A stretch of DNA of 7,149 nt from Candidatus Woesearchaeota archaeon (GCA_964573185.1 CAZNIQ010000015.1:1-7149), one strand, 5' to 3'. Counted from the stretch's first letter, positions 1 to 6,318 are shown. Numbers and translations are program-made. The notes: generated from the sequence alone by a model not told the origin.

Positions 1-189
1 AACCCTTTCTACATACCATTCCCTTTTAACCTTAACTAACTTAACAGAATTTAATTTCTTTAGATACTTTAATATTTGGTTATGCGAAATGTAATCATAT
101 CCTTTTTCCAACAACTTCCTTTTTAATTCCTTTAATGATATTCTATCTTTTACAATCTCTAAAACTACATTTTCAGGTATGTTGAGCAT
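1..189 (-). CDS. Partial CDS: N-terminal 63 codons, continuing past the left edge. Small Lys-rich protein with a winged-helix-like pattern; function unknown.
   Basis: Manual reverse-complement translation from ATG (187-189) gives MLNIPENVVLEIVKDRISLKELKRKLLEKGYDYISHNQILKYLKKLNSVKLVKVKREWYVERV..., with no stop to position 1. An in-frame TAA lies 4 codons upstream of the ATG, so this is the first possible start. Sixty-three open codons are unlikely by chance at this AT content. The helix/turn/helix plus beta-wing-like pattern (ISHNQILKYLKKL then VKLVKVKREWYV) is only suggestive. Not in the supplied ORF track. Confidence 0.5.
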   Translation of the reverse strand, partial: MLNIPENVVLEIVKDRISLKELKRKLLEKGYDYISHNQILKYLKKLNSVKLVKVKREWYVERV

Positions 190-212
190 AAGATATCGTT
201 AAGGAAAAGCTT

Positions 213-264
213 TTTCAGTCCATCGAGGGTTCATCATTTTCAGTCCCGTGGAGAATCATCATTT
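213..264 (-). ncRNA. Archaeal box C/D sRNA (2'-O-methylation guide RNA) with two 12-nt guides
   Basis: The minus strand reads AAAA-AUGAUGA(C, 256-262)-UUCUCCACGGGA(12 nt, 244-255)-CUGA(D', 240-243)-AA-AUGAUGA(C', 231-237)-ACCCUCGAUGGA(12 nt, 219-230)-CUGA(D, 215-218)-AAAAGCUUUU. All four boxes match consensus exactly (RUGAUGA / CUGA). Both spacers are exactly 12 nt, with a short D'-C' linker, and the core is 48 nt. On the plus strand it appears as a 25-bp tandem repeat with conserved ends and a divergent middle. RNA ends are approximate. Confidence 0.85.
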
Positions 265-271
265 TTATAAA
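264..271 (+). promoter_or_regulatory. TATA box (TTTATAAA) for metG; probably a leaderless transcript
   Basis: The consensus archaeal TATA octamer starts 29 nt upstream of the metG ATG at 293. ndk and infB have the same spacing. No Shine-Dalgarno-like sequence lies in between. Confidence 0.6.
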
Positions 272-292
272 AGAAGCATCAGAAGAAATTAA

Positions 293-1747
293 ATGTTCTA
301 TGTGACAACACCAATCTATTACCCCAATGACAAACCACATATAGGTTCTTTATTTACTACTGTTCTTGCAGATTTTCTTAAAAGAACTGCAGAGATTTTT
401 GGAGATGAAACTTTTCTTTTAACAGGATTAGATGAGCATGGATATAAATTATATAAAACTGCAAGGGAGAATGGAAAAGAACCCTTGGAATTCTTGGATG
501 AAATGCAGAAATACTTTAGAGAAGCTTGGGAAAAATATTGGATAGCTTATAACAGGTTTATTCGTACTACTGATAAAGATCATGAGGAAGTAGTAAAATA
601 TGTAATGGAAAGACTTTATGAAAAGGGCTATATTTATCAGGGAAAATATGAGGGTTATTATTGTTATAGATGTGAAGCATTTTATCCTACTTCCCGATTA
701 ATATATAAAGATGGAAAGTATTATTGTCCAGTTCACTTAAAAGAAGTCGAATGGATGTCTGAAGATACTTATTATTTAAAATTAACTGAATTTAAGGATT
801 GGATAAAGAATTTAATTGAAAATAAAGATTTTATAATTCCAAGAGGATATAAAAACGAAGTTTTAGGGTATATAAATGAGTTAGAGGATTTATCTATTGC
901 AAGACCAAAAGAAAGAGTTCCATGGGGAATAGAATTACCTTTTGACAAAAATTATACTGTTTATGTCTGGATAGACGCATTGCTAAACTATTTATCCGGA
1001 ATAGGTTATCCTAATGAAATTTACAAAAAGTATTGGCCAGCTGTACACGTCATAGGTAAGGATATATTAAAATTCCACGCCGTCATTTGGCCTATAGTTC
1101 TAAAGATGATTGATGTTGAGCCACCGAAGAAAATACTTGTCCATGGCTTCTGGACAGTTAAAGGATTAAAGATGTCTAAGAGCTTAAAAAACGTAATTTA
1201 CGTTGAGGAAATATATGATAAAGTTATACCTGTAAGATACTTCTTATTAAGAAATGCTGCTATAGAAAAAGACTCCGATTTCTCTTGGGAAGAAGTTTAT
1301 GCTTTCTATAATAACGAGCTTGCAGATATAATTGGAAATGCTTTTAAGAGAGTAACATCTTTAGGATTAAAAATAAATAATGGAATTATAAGAGGATTAA
1401 TTGATCCTGAAGTTTTAGATGAATTGAACAAGTATATAAAAGAAGGAAAATCTTTGTTTGAAGATTTCAAAGTTCCACAATATGTTATAGGAGTTGTAAA
1501 GGTATTTAAGTTCCTAAATGAATATTTCCAAGAGAAAGAACCATGGAAAACAAAAGATGAAAAAGTACTTTATAATTCATTATTTATAGCTAAAATAGGA
1601 TTAACATTATTATATCCCATCTTACCAGAAGTCTCTAAGAAAGCTTTAGATGTAATAGGAATTAAGTTGAAACCATTAGAACAGCAGTTCTTGCAGGAAA
1701 CATTTTATATCAAAGAAAGTCCAATATTGTTTCCAAAAATCAAATGA
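293..1747 (+). CDS. metG: Methionyl-tRNA synthetase, short core-only form (484 aa)
   Basis: Class I aaRS signatures are present: N-terminal FYVTTPIYYPNDKPHIGS (HIGH-type motif, here H-I-G-S) and KMSKS (GLKMSKSLKN). MetRS-specific blocks are also present: YVWIDALLNY, GKDILKFHAVIWP, a single CP1 zinc knuckle CYRC...CPVH (3 Cys + His), and the anticodon-domain N..F..KEPWK motif. The protein is collinear with my recollection of the Thermus thermophilus MetRS core and ends at PILFPKIK, where that core ends. Confidence 0.95.
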   Translation: MFYVTTPIYYPNDKPHIGSLFTTVLADFLKRTAEIFGDETFLLTGLDEHGYKLYKTARENGKEPLEFLDEMQKYFREAWEKYWIAYNRFIRTTDKDHEEVVKYVMERLYEKGYIYQGKYEGYYCYRCEAFYPTSRLIYKDGKYYCPVHLKEVEWMSEDTYYLKLTEFKDWIKNLIENKDFIIPRGYKNEVLGYINELEDLSIARPKERVPWGIELPFDKNYTVYVWIDALLNYLSGIGYPNEIYKKYWPAVHVIGKDILKFHAVIWPIVLKMIDVEPPKKILVHGFWTVKGLKMSKSLKNVIYVEEIYDKVIPVRYFLLRNAAIEKDSDFSWEEVYAFYNNELADIIGNAFKRVTSLGLKINNGIIRGLIDPEVLDELNKYIKEGKSLFEDFKVPQYVIGVVKVFKFLNEYFQEKEPWKTKDEKVLYNSLFIAKIGLTLLYPILPEVSKKALDVIGIKLKPLEQQFLQETFYIKESPILFPKIK

Positions 1748-2289
1748 AGTGGACTCTAAAGCTCCTTTTATTAAATATTTTTGTATTTTTTCTTGAAACT
1801 TTATTTCCGAATTTAATATATTTCTTAGGATTCGTACCGGCGTTGTTTCCTTATGAACCTTGGAGGATCGTTACTTCACTTTTTGTTCACGCGAACTTCA
1901 CGCACCTTTTCTACAACATGTTAGCCCTGTTCTTTTTTGGACTACATTTTGAAAGTAAATATGGAAGCAAGAATTTTCTAACAGTTTATTTTCTTTCAGG
2001 TATTTTAGGAAATCTTGCTTATTTCATTTTAGATCCTAGCAGTACTATAATTGGAGTTGGAGCTTCCGGAGCAATATATGGTATAATTGGTGCCTTAGCA
2101 ATCTTAGAACCTTTTACAATTGTTTATATTAATTTAATTCCTGTGCCACTAATTGTTGTAGCGTTCTTTTGGTTATTACTTAACTTCTTAGGAATATTTT
2201 ATCCATTTTCAAATGTAGGTTATCTAGCACATCTCATAGGTTTAATAGTTGGCTTTATTTACGGTTTATTTTTAAAGAAATTTTCTTAA
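1744..2289 (+). CDS. Rhomboid-family intramembrane serine protease (6 TM, 181 aa)
   Basis: Contains EPWRIVTSLFVHANFTHLFYNMLALFFFG (rhomboid WR...H...H..NM motif). Also contains GVGASGAIYGIIGA (GxSG catalytic Ser) and AHLIGLIVG (catalytic His in TM6). Six hydrophobic segments. The start ATG overlaps the metG TGA (ATGA at 1744-1747). Confidence 0.9.
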   Translation: MKWTLKLLLLNIFVFFLETLFPNLIYFLGFVPALFPYEPWRIVTSLFVHANFTHLFYNMLALFFFGLHFESKYGSKNFLTVYFLSGILGNLAYFILDPSSTIIGVGASGAIYGIIGALAILEPFTIVYINLIPVPLIVVAFFWLLLNFLGIFYPFSNVGYLAHLIGLIVGFIYGLFLKKFS

Positions 2290-2904
2290 CCATCCTTTAA
2301 ATTTATCTTCTGTACTCCAATAATCTTTATAATAATTCATTTTATCCAAAATCCAATTTAAAGTCATTATAACTTGAGAAGAAAAATAAGGTATATCTCC
2401 TAAAGAAATAAAAGTCGAAAACTCTTTTAACCATCTTTTCTCCTTTTTAGGAATACCTAGAAAGTCTCCAACAACAAAAACCGGATTTTCTATTTTTACA
2501 TTTTCAATAAATTCTCCTTCTGGATCTAAAACATAAATCTTTCTTCCGTGCTGTTTATATTCTTCTATTACTTCTCTAAAGCTTTTTCTTTCAACAAAAA
2601 CGCCCGGAAAAGCATATAGAGGCTCCCTCTTTTTGTTAAATTTTTTTAGAGCAGAAGAGAGAAGAGTTGCTATATCTTTTTTTGACCAAGGTGTTTCAGG
2701 ATTAGATTCTATTTTTATTCTTCTTGGAGGATCAGGAGGACCATTTAAAATTAAATCAAAAACAATATATTTCCTCAGACCATTCGAAATAAAAAAGGCA
2801 TGAATTATCGAGTGTACTACTATATCTATCCTACCGGAATAATATATATCCTTGAAGTTACCATCTGTTCTTACAGTGTTTGAATAAAAAACGAAAATTC
2901 TCAT
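2272..2904 (-). CDS. trmY: TrmY-like SPOUT methyltransferase (COG1901/DUF358 family; tRNA pseudouridine54 N1-methyltransferase)
   Basis: MRIFVFYSN...GRIDIVVHSIIHAFFISNGLRKYIVFDLILNGPPDPPRRIKIE...NPVFVVGDFLGIPKKEKRWL...ISLGDIPYFSSQVIMTLNWILD is collinear with the Methanocaldococcus MJ1640 TrmY pattern as I recall it. The track start at 2913 is a TTG. The ATG at 2902-2904 overlaps the infB TGA (ATGA), matches the family N-terminus (MR.F.F) and has GGGG 3 nt upstream, so I call 2904. Confidence 0.75.
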   Translation of the reverse strand: MRIFVFYSNTVRTDGNFKDIYYSGRIDIVVHSIIHAFFISNGLRKYIVFDLILNGPPDPPRRIKIESNPETPWSKKDIATLLSSALKKFNKKREPLYAFPGVFVERKSFREVIEEYKQHGRKIYVLDPEGEFIENVKIENPVFVVGDFLGIPKKEKRWLKEFSTFISLGDIPYFSSQVIMTLNWILDKMNYYKDYWSTEDKFKGWLRKFL

Positions 2905-5900
2905 ATACCCCAAGTTGGATTGAGTCTTCTCATTATTTTAGCTATTTCTTTTAATACTTCTTTTTCGTCCTCAGTTAATAAATGCTTCAATTCCTTATAT
3001 TTCTTGAAATGGGCTTCCGGGACATAAGTATATAAAACATCACCCTCATCTATATGTCTTCCAACAATAGGTCCTTGAATAGCAACTGCAACTTTATCTC
3101 CTTTCTTAGCTTCTTTCAAAGGCTTTCCTTCTGATTGGATGGATACTACTGTTCCAACTACTGTTCCATCTTCTCTCATAACAGATACTCCTGGTCTTAA
3201 AACACCACCTAGAATTTCTACACCAACTATTGCAGGATTAGATCTTCTGAAGATAAAACCATGCAATATTCTAAATTTACATGGAGGCACCAATTCTTCT
3301 AATATCTTTCTTCTTTTCAATTCTTCTACTTCTTTTAACCACTTATCAAATTTCTCTAGCAATCTGTAAATAACATTATCCTGTATTATCTTAATATCAT
3401 ATTTCTTTAGTTCTTCTTCTGCAGATTTATCAATACCTACATTAAAAGCTAAAATTACCCCCCATTTTTCATCTTTCTCTTTAGTTGCATAAGCTAACAG
3501 AATGTCTTTCTTAGTTACTGGCCCTATATCAGCTTTCCTTATAGGAATCCCTTTATCTTTTAGCAATTTTACTAAAGCTTCCAAAGTACCCAAAGTATCT
3601 GCTTTTACAACAATACCTATTTTATCTTCTTCAAATATAAAAGCTTGGATCTCTTTTTCTATCTCTTCCTTTATCTTTTTAATTTCCTTCTCATCCCAAA
3701 TAGCATATACTGGGGAACCTGCTAAAGCTTCTTCTAAACCGGGTGCTGCGATTCTTATACCAGCTGCAGCAACAACTTCCTCTACCTCCTTGAATTTTGC
3801 AGATTTATCTCTTATTTCCTTTAAAGGTAAAGGTTTTAGTAAAGCTCTAATTTTTGTAAATATGACACCTCTTCTACCAGCTAAAGCAATTAAATCTCCT
3901 TTTCTTAAAATACCATCATATAGTATTACATCAATTACATGTCCCAATCCCTTTACTTCTTTCTTTTCAAGAACAACCCCCTTTCCCGGACCTGAAACAT
4001 TTATCTTTAATCTTTTTTCTAGGAACTTTTGTGTAATTCCAGCAACTAATAGTAATAATTCAGGAATTCCTTCTCCTGTTTTTGCGGAAGTAGGAACAAC
4101 AGCTACTTGCCTTAAAAAATCGCTAACTCTATCAAATCTTTCAGCCTCAAAACCCAGTTCATATAAGGGACCGATAATATTTGAATATAAAAGTTCATCT
4201 AATCTCTGTTGAACATCAGGTCTTTGCTTCTTGATTGTTTCTAAAAATGGTTCATTTTCATGCGGAATCCAACCATCAATTCTATCTATTTTGTTTGCAG
4301 CAATTAAAAATGGAACTTTAAATTGTTTACAAATCTCTATAGATTCATAAGTTTGTGGCTTAAAACCTTCAAGTATATCTACAACTATAATAGCAAAATC
4401 TGCTACAGAACCACCTCTCCTTCTTAGATTAGTAAATGCTTCGTGTCCGGGAGTATCTATAAAAAGTAAACCCGGTATCTTAAATTCAAATTTGAAAACT
4501 TTTGTTAAGGGTCCTGCAATTTTTTTAATTACTTCTATTGGGATCTCTGTAGCACCTATATGTTGGGTTATTCCCCCAGCTTCCTTTTGGGCTATAGCTG
4601 TTCCACGTATTTTATCTAGAAGGGAAGTGTTATGAACTATAATTCCGTTAGCAATGAAAGTATAAGTTTCTGTTGAAAGATCATATACATATCCTTTGTA
4701 TGGTATTTTCTCTATTCTTTCAATTTCCACAAAAGCTATTTCTTCAAAGTTTGGAATGTGTATTTTTTCATAAAGTTTTTCTTTCCAAATTCTTAAGAAT
4801 TCTTTACCAAGTTCTGTAATATTTCCATTTTCGTCTAACAGCCCATCCCTTTGAAATGCTTTTATTAAATTATAATCCTTTACTTTTCCCTCTAGAACTG
4901 CTATTTTCTTTTCAATATTCTTAACTCTTAAGTTCTCGACAAATTTTCTCCAAATATATAAAGTAATTTTCTGCTTACTCTCTTCATATTTTTTATAGAA
5001 AGGTATTTTTATTTCACTCTTTGTTAAACCAAAAGATAACCTTAAGTACTTAAGATACTGTGGGGAAATAGGAATTATTATATTATCCTTCTTGGCTCGT
5101 TTAAGGATTTGCGCAAACGCTTCTTTCTTTGCTATTAAAAGTATATATTTTGAAAGGTTTTCTAAATTCCTTTTGCCGGAAATGATTAACCTAAAGTATT
5201 TTTCTTTTTGCTTTACTTTAGAAAACACGCCCAAAACTAATAGGAGGTATTTTAATCCATATATAAAGTCCTTTGAAGCAGAAAGTATTTCTATGCTGCA
5301 ATTTCTTGTATCTATATAGCCATCTCCATCAATTACACCTCCTATAAAAGCGCCTATAAATTCTTTAGGAGAATGCCACAGAATTTCAGGAATTCTCAAG
5401 TTACGTGCCTTTTTCTTTTCAGGATATTCGAATAAATATTTTAATAATTTAATAAAGCTTTGTTTAGCTCCTTTTATTTCAATTAATTGCACAGTTTTAC
5501 CATTTTTAACCTCAGTGTATAATTCTAATTCTTTTGAAAACTCTTCTACGAATTTCTGAATCCTTTTATTATTATTTGTAATAATATTATGATTCGCTAC
5601 TCCATCAGCATAAAATAAACCAACTAAGTAAAATAATTTTCTCCAAGTTTCAAAATCTTTAGGAAACTTTATATACCATTTAATATGTCCTGCTCTCTGC
5701 TTTCTAGTTGTAAATCCAAAACATTCTATAGAACGCCAAGCATAGTCTATTCCATAATCTTCTATCAGTATTTTTAAGTCCTCCCCTCTAAATCTGTTTA
5801 TATATGTTTTGTAACTTCTCGGAAGTTTTTCTACAGCATCTTCTGATAAAATAAAAATACTTTCCTCGTTTTCGATAAGTTTATTTAAAACGTATTTTTT

Positions 5901-6281
5901 GAAATCTTCAAAAGTTTTTTCAATAGGATATTTGATTATTACAGCAATTTTATCATTAATGTCTAAATCTTTAGCGTACTTCCATCCATTGGAAGTTAGT
6001 AAAGGATGCTCTGGAGTAACTCTAATAATAGTTCCATCTTTCAATTTTATTTTTATAAGATAACCGCTATGCTCCAACTTTACTTTTTGATAATTCTCCG
6101 TTTTCTTTATATTTTCTTTATAAACAAAAATCCTTTCTATAGTATTGTTTTCTACTAATTCTTTTATTTTCTTTGGACCATTCTCTGTAAAAACTAGCTC
6201 CTCTGGATGTAAGCACTTCCCATGATCTACATGCCCTAAAACAACGATAATAGGAGATCTAATTTTAGCATTAGAACTCAT
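2901..6281 (-). CDS. infB: Translation initiation factor aIF5B/IF2 precursor (1126 aa) containing a 529-aa intein; mature extein about 597 aa
   Basis: GTPase motifs are G1 GHVDHGK|T (split by the intein), G3 DTPGHEAF, G4 NKID and G5 SAKTGEG. GGITQHIGATEIP and the domain II-IV layout fit aIF5B. The N-terminus lies only about 10 aa before G1, which is the archaeal rather than the bacterial IF2 architecture. N-extein 6216-6281, C-extein 2901-4628. Confidence 0.95.
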   Translation of the reverse strand: MSSNAKIRSPIIVVLGHVDHGKCLHPEELVFTENGPKKIKELVENNTIERIFVYKENIKKTENYQKVKLEHSGYLIKIKLKDGTIIRVTPEHPLLTSNGWKYAKDLDINDKIAVIIKYPIEKTFEDFKKYVLNKLIENEESIFILSEDAVEKLPRSYKTYINRFRGEDLKILIEDYGIDYAWRSIECFGFTTRKQRAGHIKWYIKFPKDFETWRKLFYLVGLFYADGVANHNIITNNNKRIQKFVEEFSKELELYTEVKNGKTVQLIEIKGAKQSFIKLLKYLFEYPEKKKARNLRIPEILWHSPKEFIGAFIGGVIDGDGYIDTRNCSIEILSASKDFIYGLKYLLLVLGVFSKVKQKEKYFRLIISGKRNLENLSKYILLIAKKEAFAQILKRAKKDNIIIPISPQYLKYLRLSFGLTKSEIKIPFYKKYEESKQKITLYIWRKFVENLRVKNIEKKIAVLEGKVKDYNLIKAFQRDGLLDENGNITELGKEFLRIWKEKLYEKIHIPNFEEIAFVEIERIEKIPYKGYVYDLSTETYTFIANGIIVHNTSLLDKIRGTAIAQKEAGGITQHIGATEIPIEVIKKIAGPLTKVFKFEFKIPGLLFIDTPGHEAFTNLRRRGGSVADFAIIVVDILEGFKPQTYESIEICKQFKVPFLIAANKIDRIDGWIPHENEPFLETIKKQRPDVQQRLDELLYSNIIGPLYELGFEAERFDRVSDFLRQVAVVPTSAKTGEGIPELLLLVAGITQKFLEKRLKINVSGPGKGVVLEKKEVKGLGHVIDVILYDGILRKGDLIALAGRRGVIFTKIRALLKPLPLKEIRDKSAKFKEVEEVVAAAGIRIAAPGLEEALAGSPVYAIWDEKEIKKIKEEIEKEIQAFIFEEDKIGIVVKADTLGTLEALVKLLKDKGIPIRKADIGPVTKKDILLAYATKEKDEKWGVILAFNVGIDKSAEEELKKYDIKIIQDNVIYRLLEKFDKWLKEVEELKRRKILEELVPPCKFRILHGFIFRRSNPAIVGVEILGGVLRPGVSVMREDGTVVGTVVSIQSEGKPLKEAKKGDKVAVAIQGPIVGRHIDEGDVLYTYVPEAHFKKYKELKHLLTEDEKEVLKEIAKIMRRLNPTWGI
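4629..6215 (-). mobile_element. Intein (529 aa) in the aIF5B P-loop between GHVDHGK and TSLLD, with a LAGLIDADG homing endonuclease
   Basis: Cys1 codon TGC at 6213-6215 directly follows K22. Block B is RVTPEHPLL (TxxH). The C-terminal end is ...VYDLSTETYTFIANGIIVHN (His-Asn; Asn codon 4629-4631), followed by the +1 Thr codon (4626-4628). Removing it restores the canonical GHVDHGKTSLLD P-loop in frame. Confidence 0.9.
5319..5627 (-). other. LAGLIDADG homing-endonuclease core within the intein (span between the two catalytic motifs)
   Basis: Motif 1 is LVGLFYADG (5601-5627). Motif 2 is IGGVIDGDG (5319-5345). They lie about 94 aa apart, typical of a double-motif monomeric enzyme, and both retain the acidic catalytic Asp. 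Confidence 0.8.
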
Positions 6282-6302
6282 CTATATACTTCTAATGAAA
6301 TA

Positions 6303-6310
6303 TTTTTAAA
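6303..6310 (-). promoter_or_regulatory. TATA-like box (TTTAAAAA on the minus strand) for infB in the 49-bp ndk-infB spacer
   Basis: The octamer starts 29 nt upstream of the infB ATG (6281). metG and ndk have identical geometry. Confidence 0.5.
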
Positions 6311-6318
6311 TAATTGTG

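Noticed and set aside
205-214. The AAAAGCTTTT palindrome after the D box considered as a hairpin terminator or protein-binding site.
   Set aside because: A 4-bp A/T stem is too weak to count as structure. At most the U-run could serve as an oligo-T termination signal, and that is noted only as a possibility in the findings.
212-261. A 25-bp imperfect tandem direct repeat, first considered as an operator for the divergent genes, a mini-CRISPR-like repeat or a tRNA fragment.
   Set aside because: The conserved ends are exactly the reverse complements of UGAUGA and CUGA with 12-nt variable cores. The box C/D sRNA reading on the minus strand explains the pattern completely. Two copies with no spacer structure do not fit a CRISPR array, and no cloverleaf can be drawn.
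2905-2913. Track start of the trmY ORF at 2913 (MGYM...).
   Set aside because: Codon 2911-2913 is TTG, not ATG. The ATG at 2902-2904 forms an ATGA overlap with the infB stop and matches the family N-terminus. The longer form cannot be formally excluded.
3502-4212. 236-aa plus-strand ORF antisense to infB. Smaller antisense ORFs lie at 3139-3369 and 5092-5319 (also opposite infB/intein), and at 6433-6627 and 6506-6706 (opposite ndk).
   Set aside because: All lie entirely within strongly supported minus-strand genes. Their products are low-complexity S/T/F/I/L-rich strings with no motifs, as expected from reading K/E/G-rich codons in reverse. They are shadow ORFs.
2901-6281. The oversized infB considered as a gene fusion, a frameshifted pair or a misassembly.
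   Set aside because: It is a single uninterrupted frame. The extra 529 aa are bounded by canonical intein splice-junction residues, and removing them restores a perfect P-loop, so an intein is the simple explanation.
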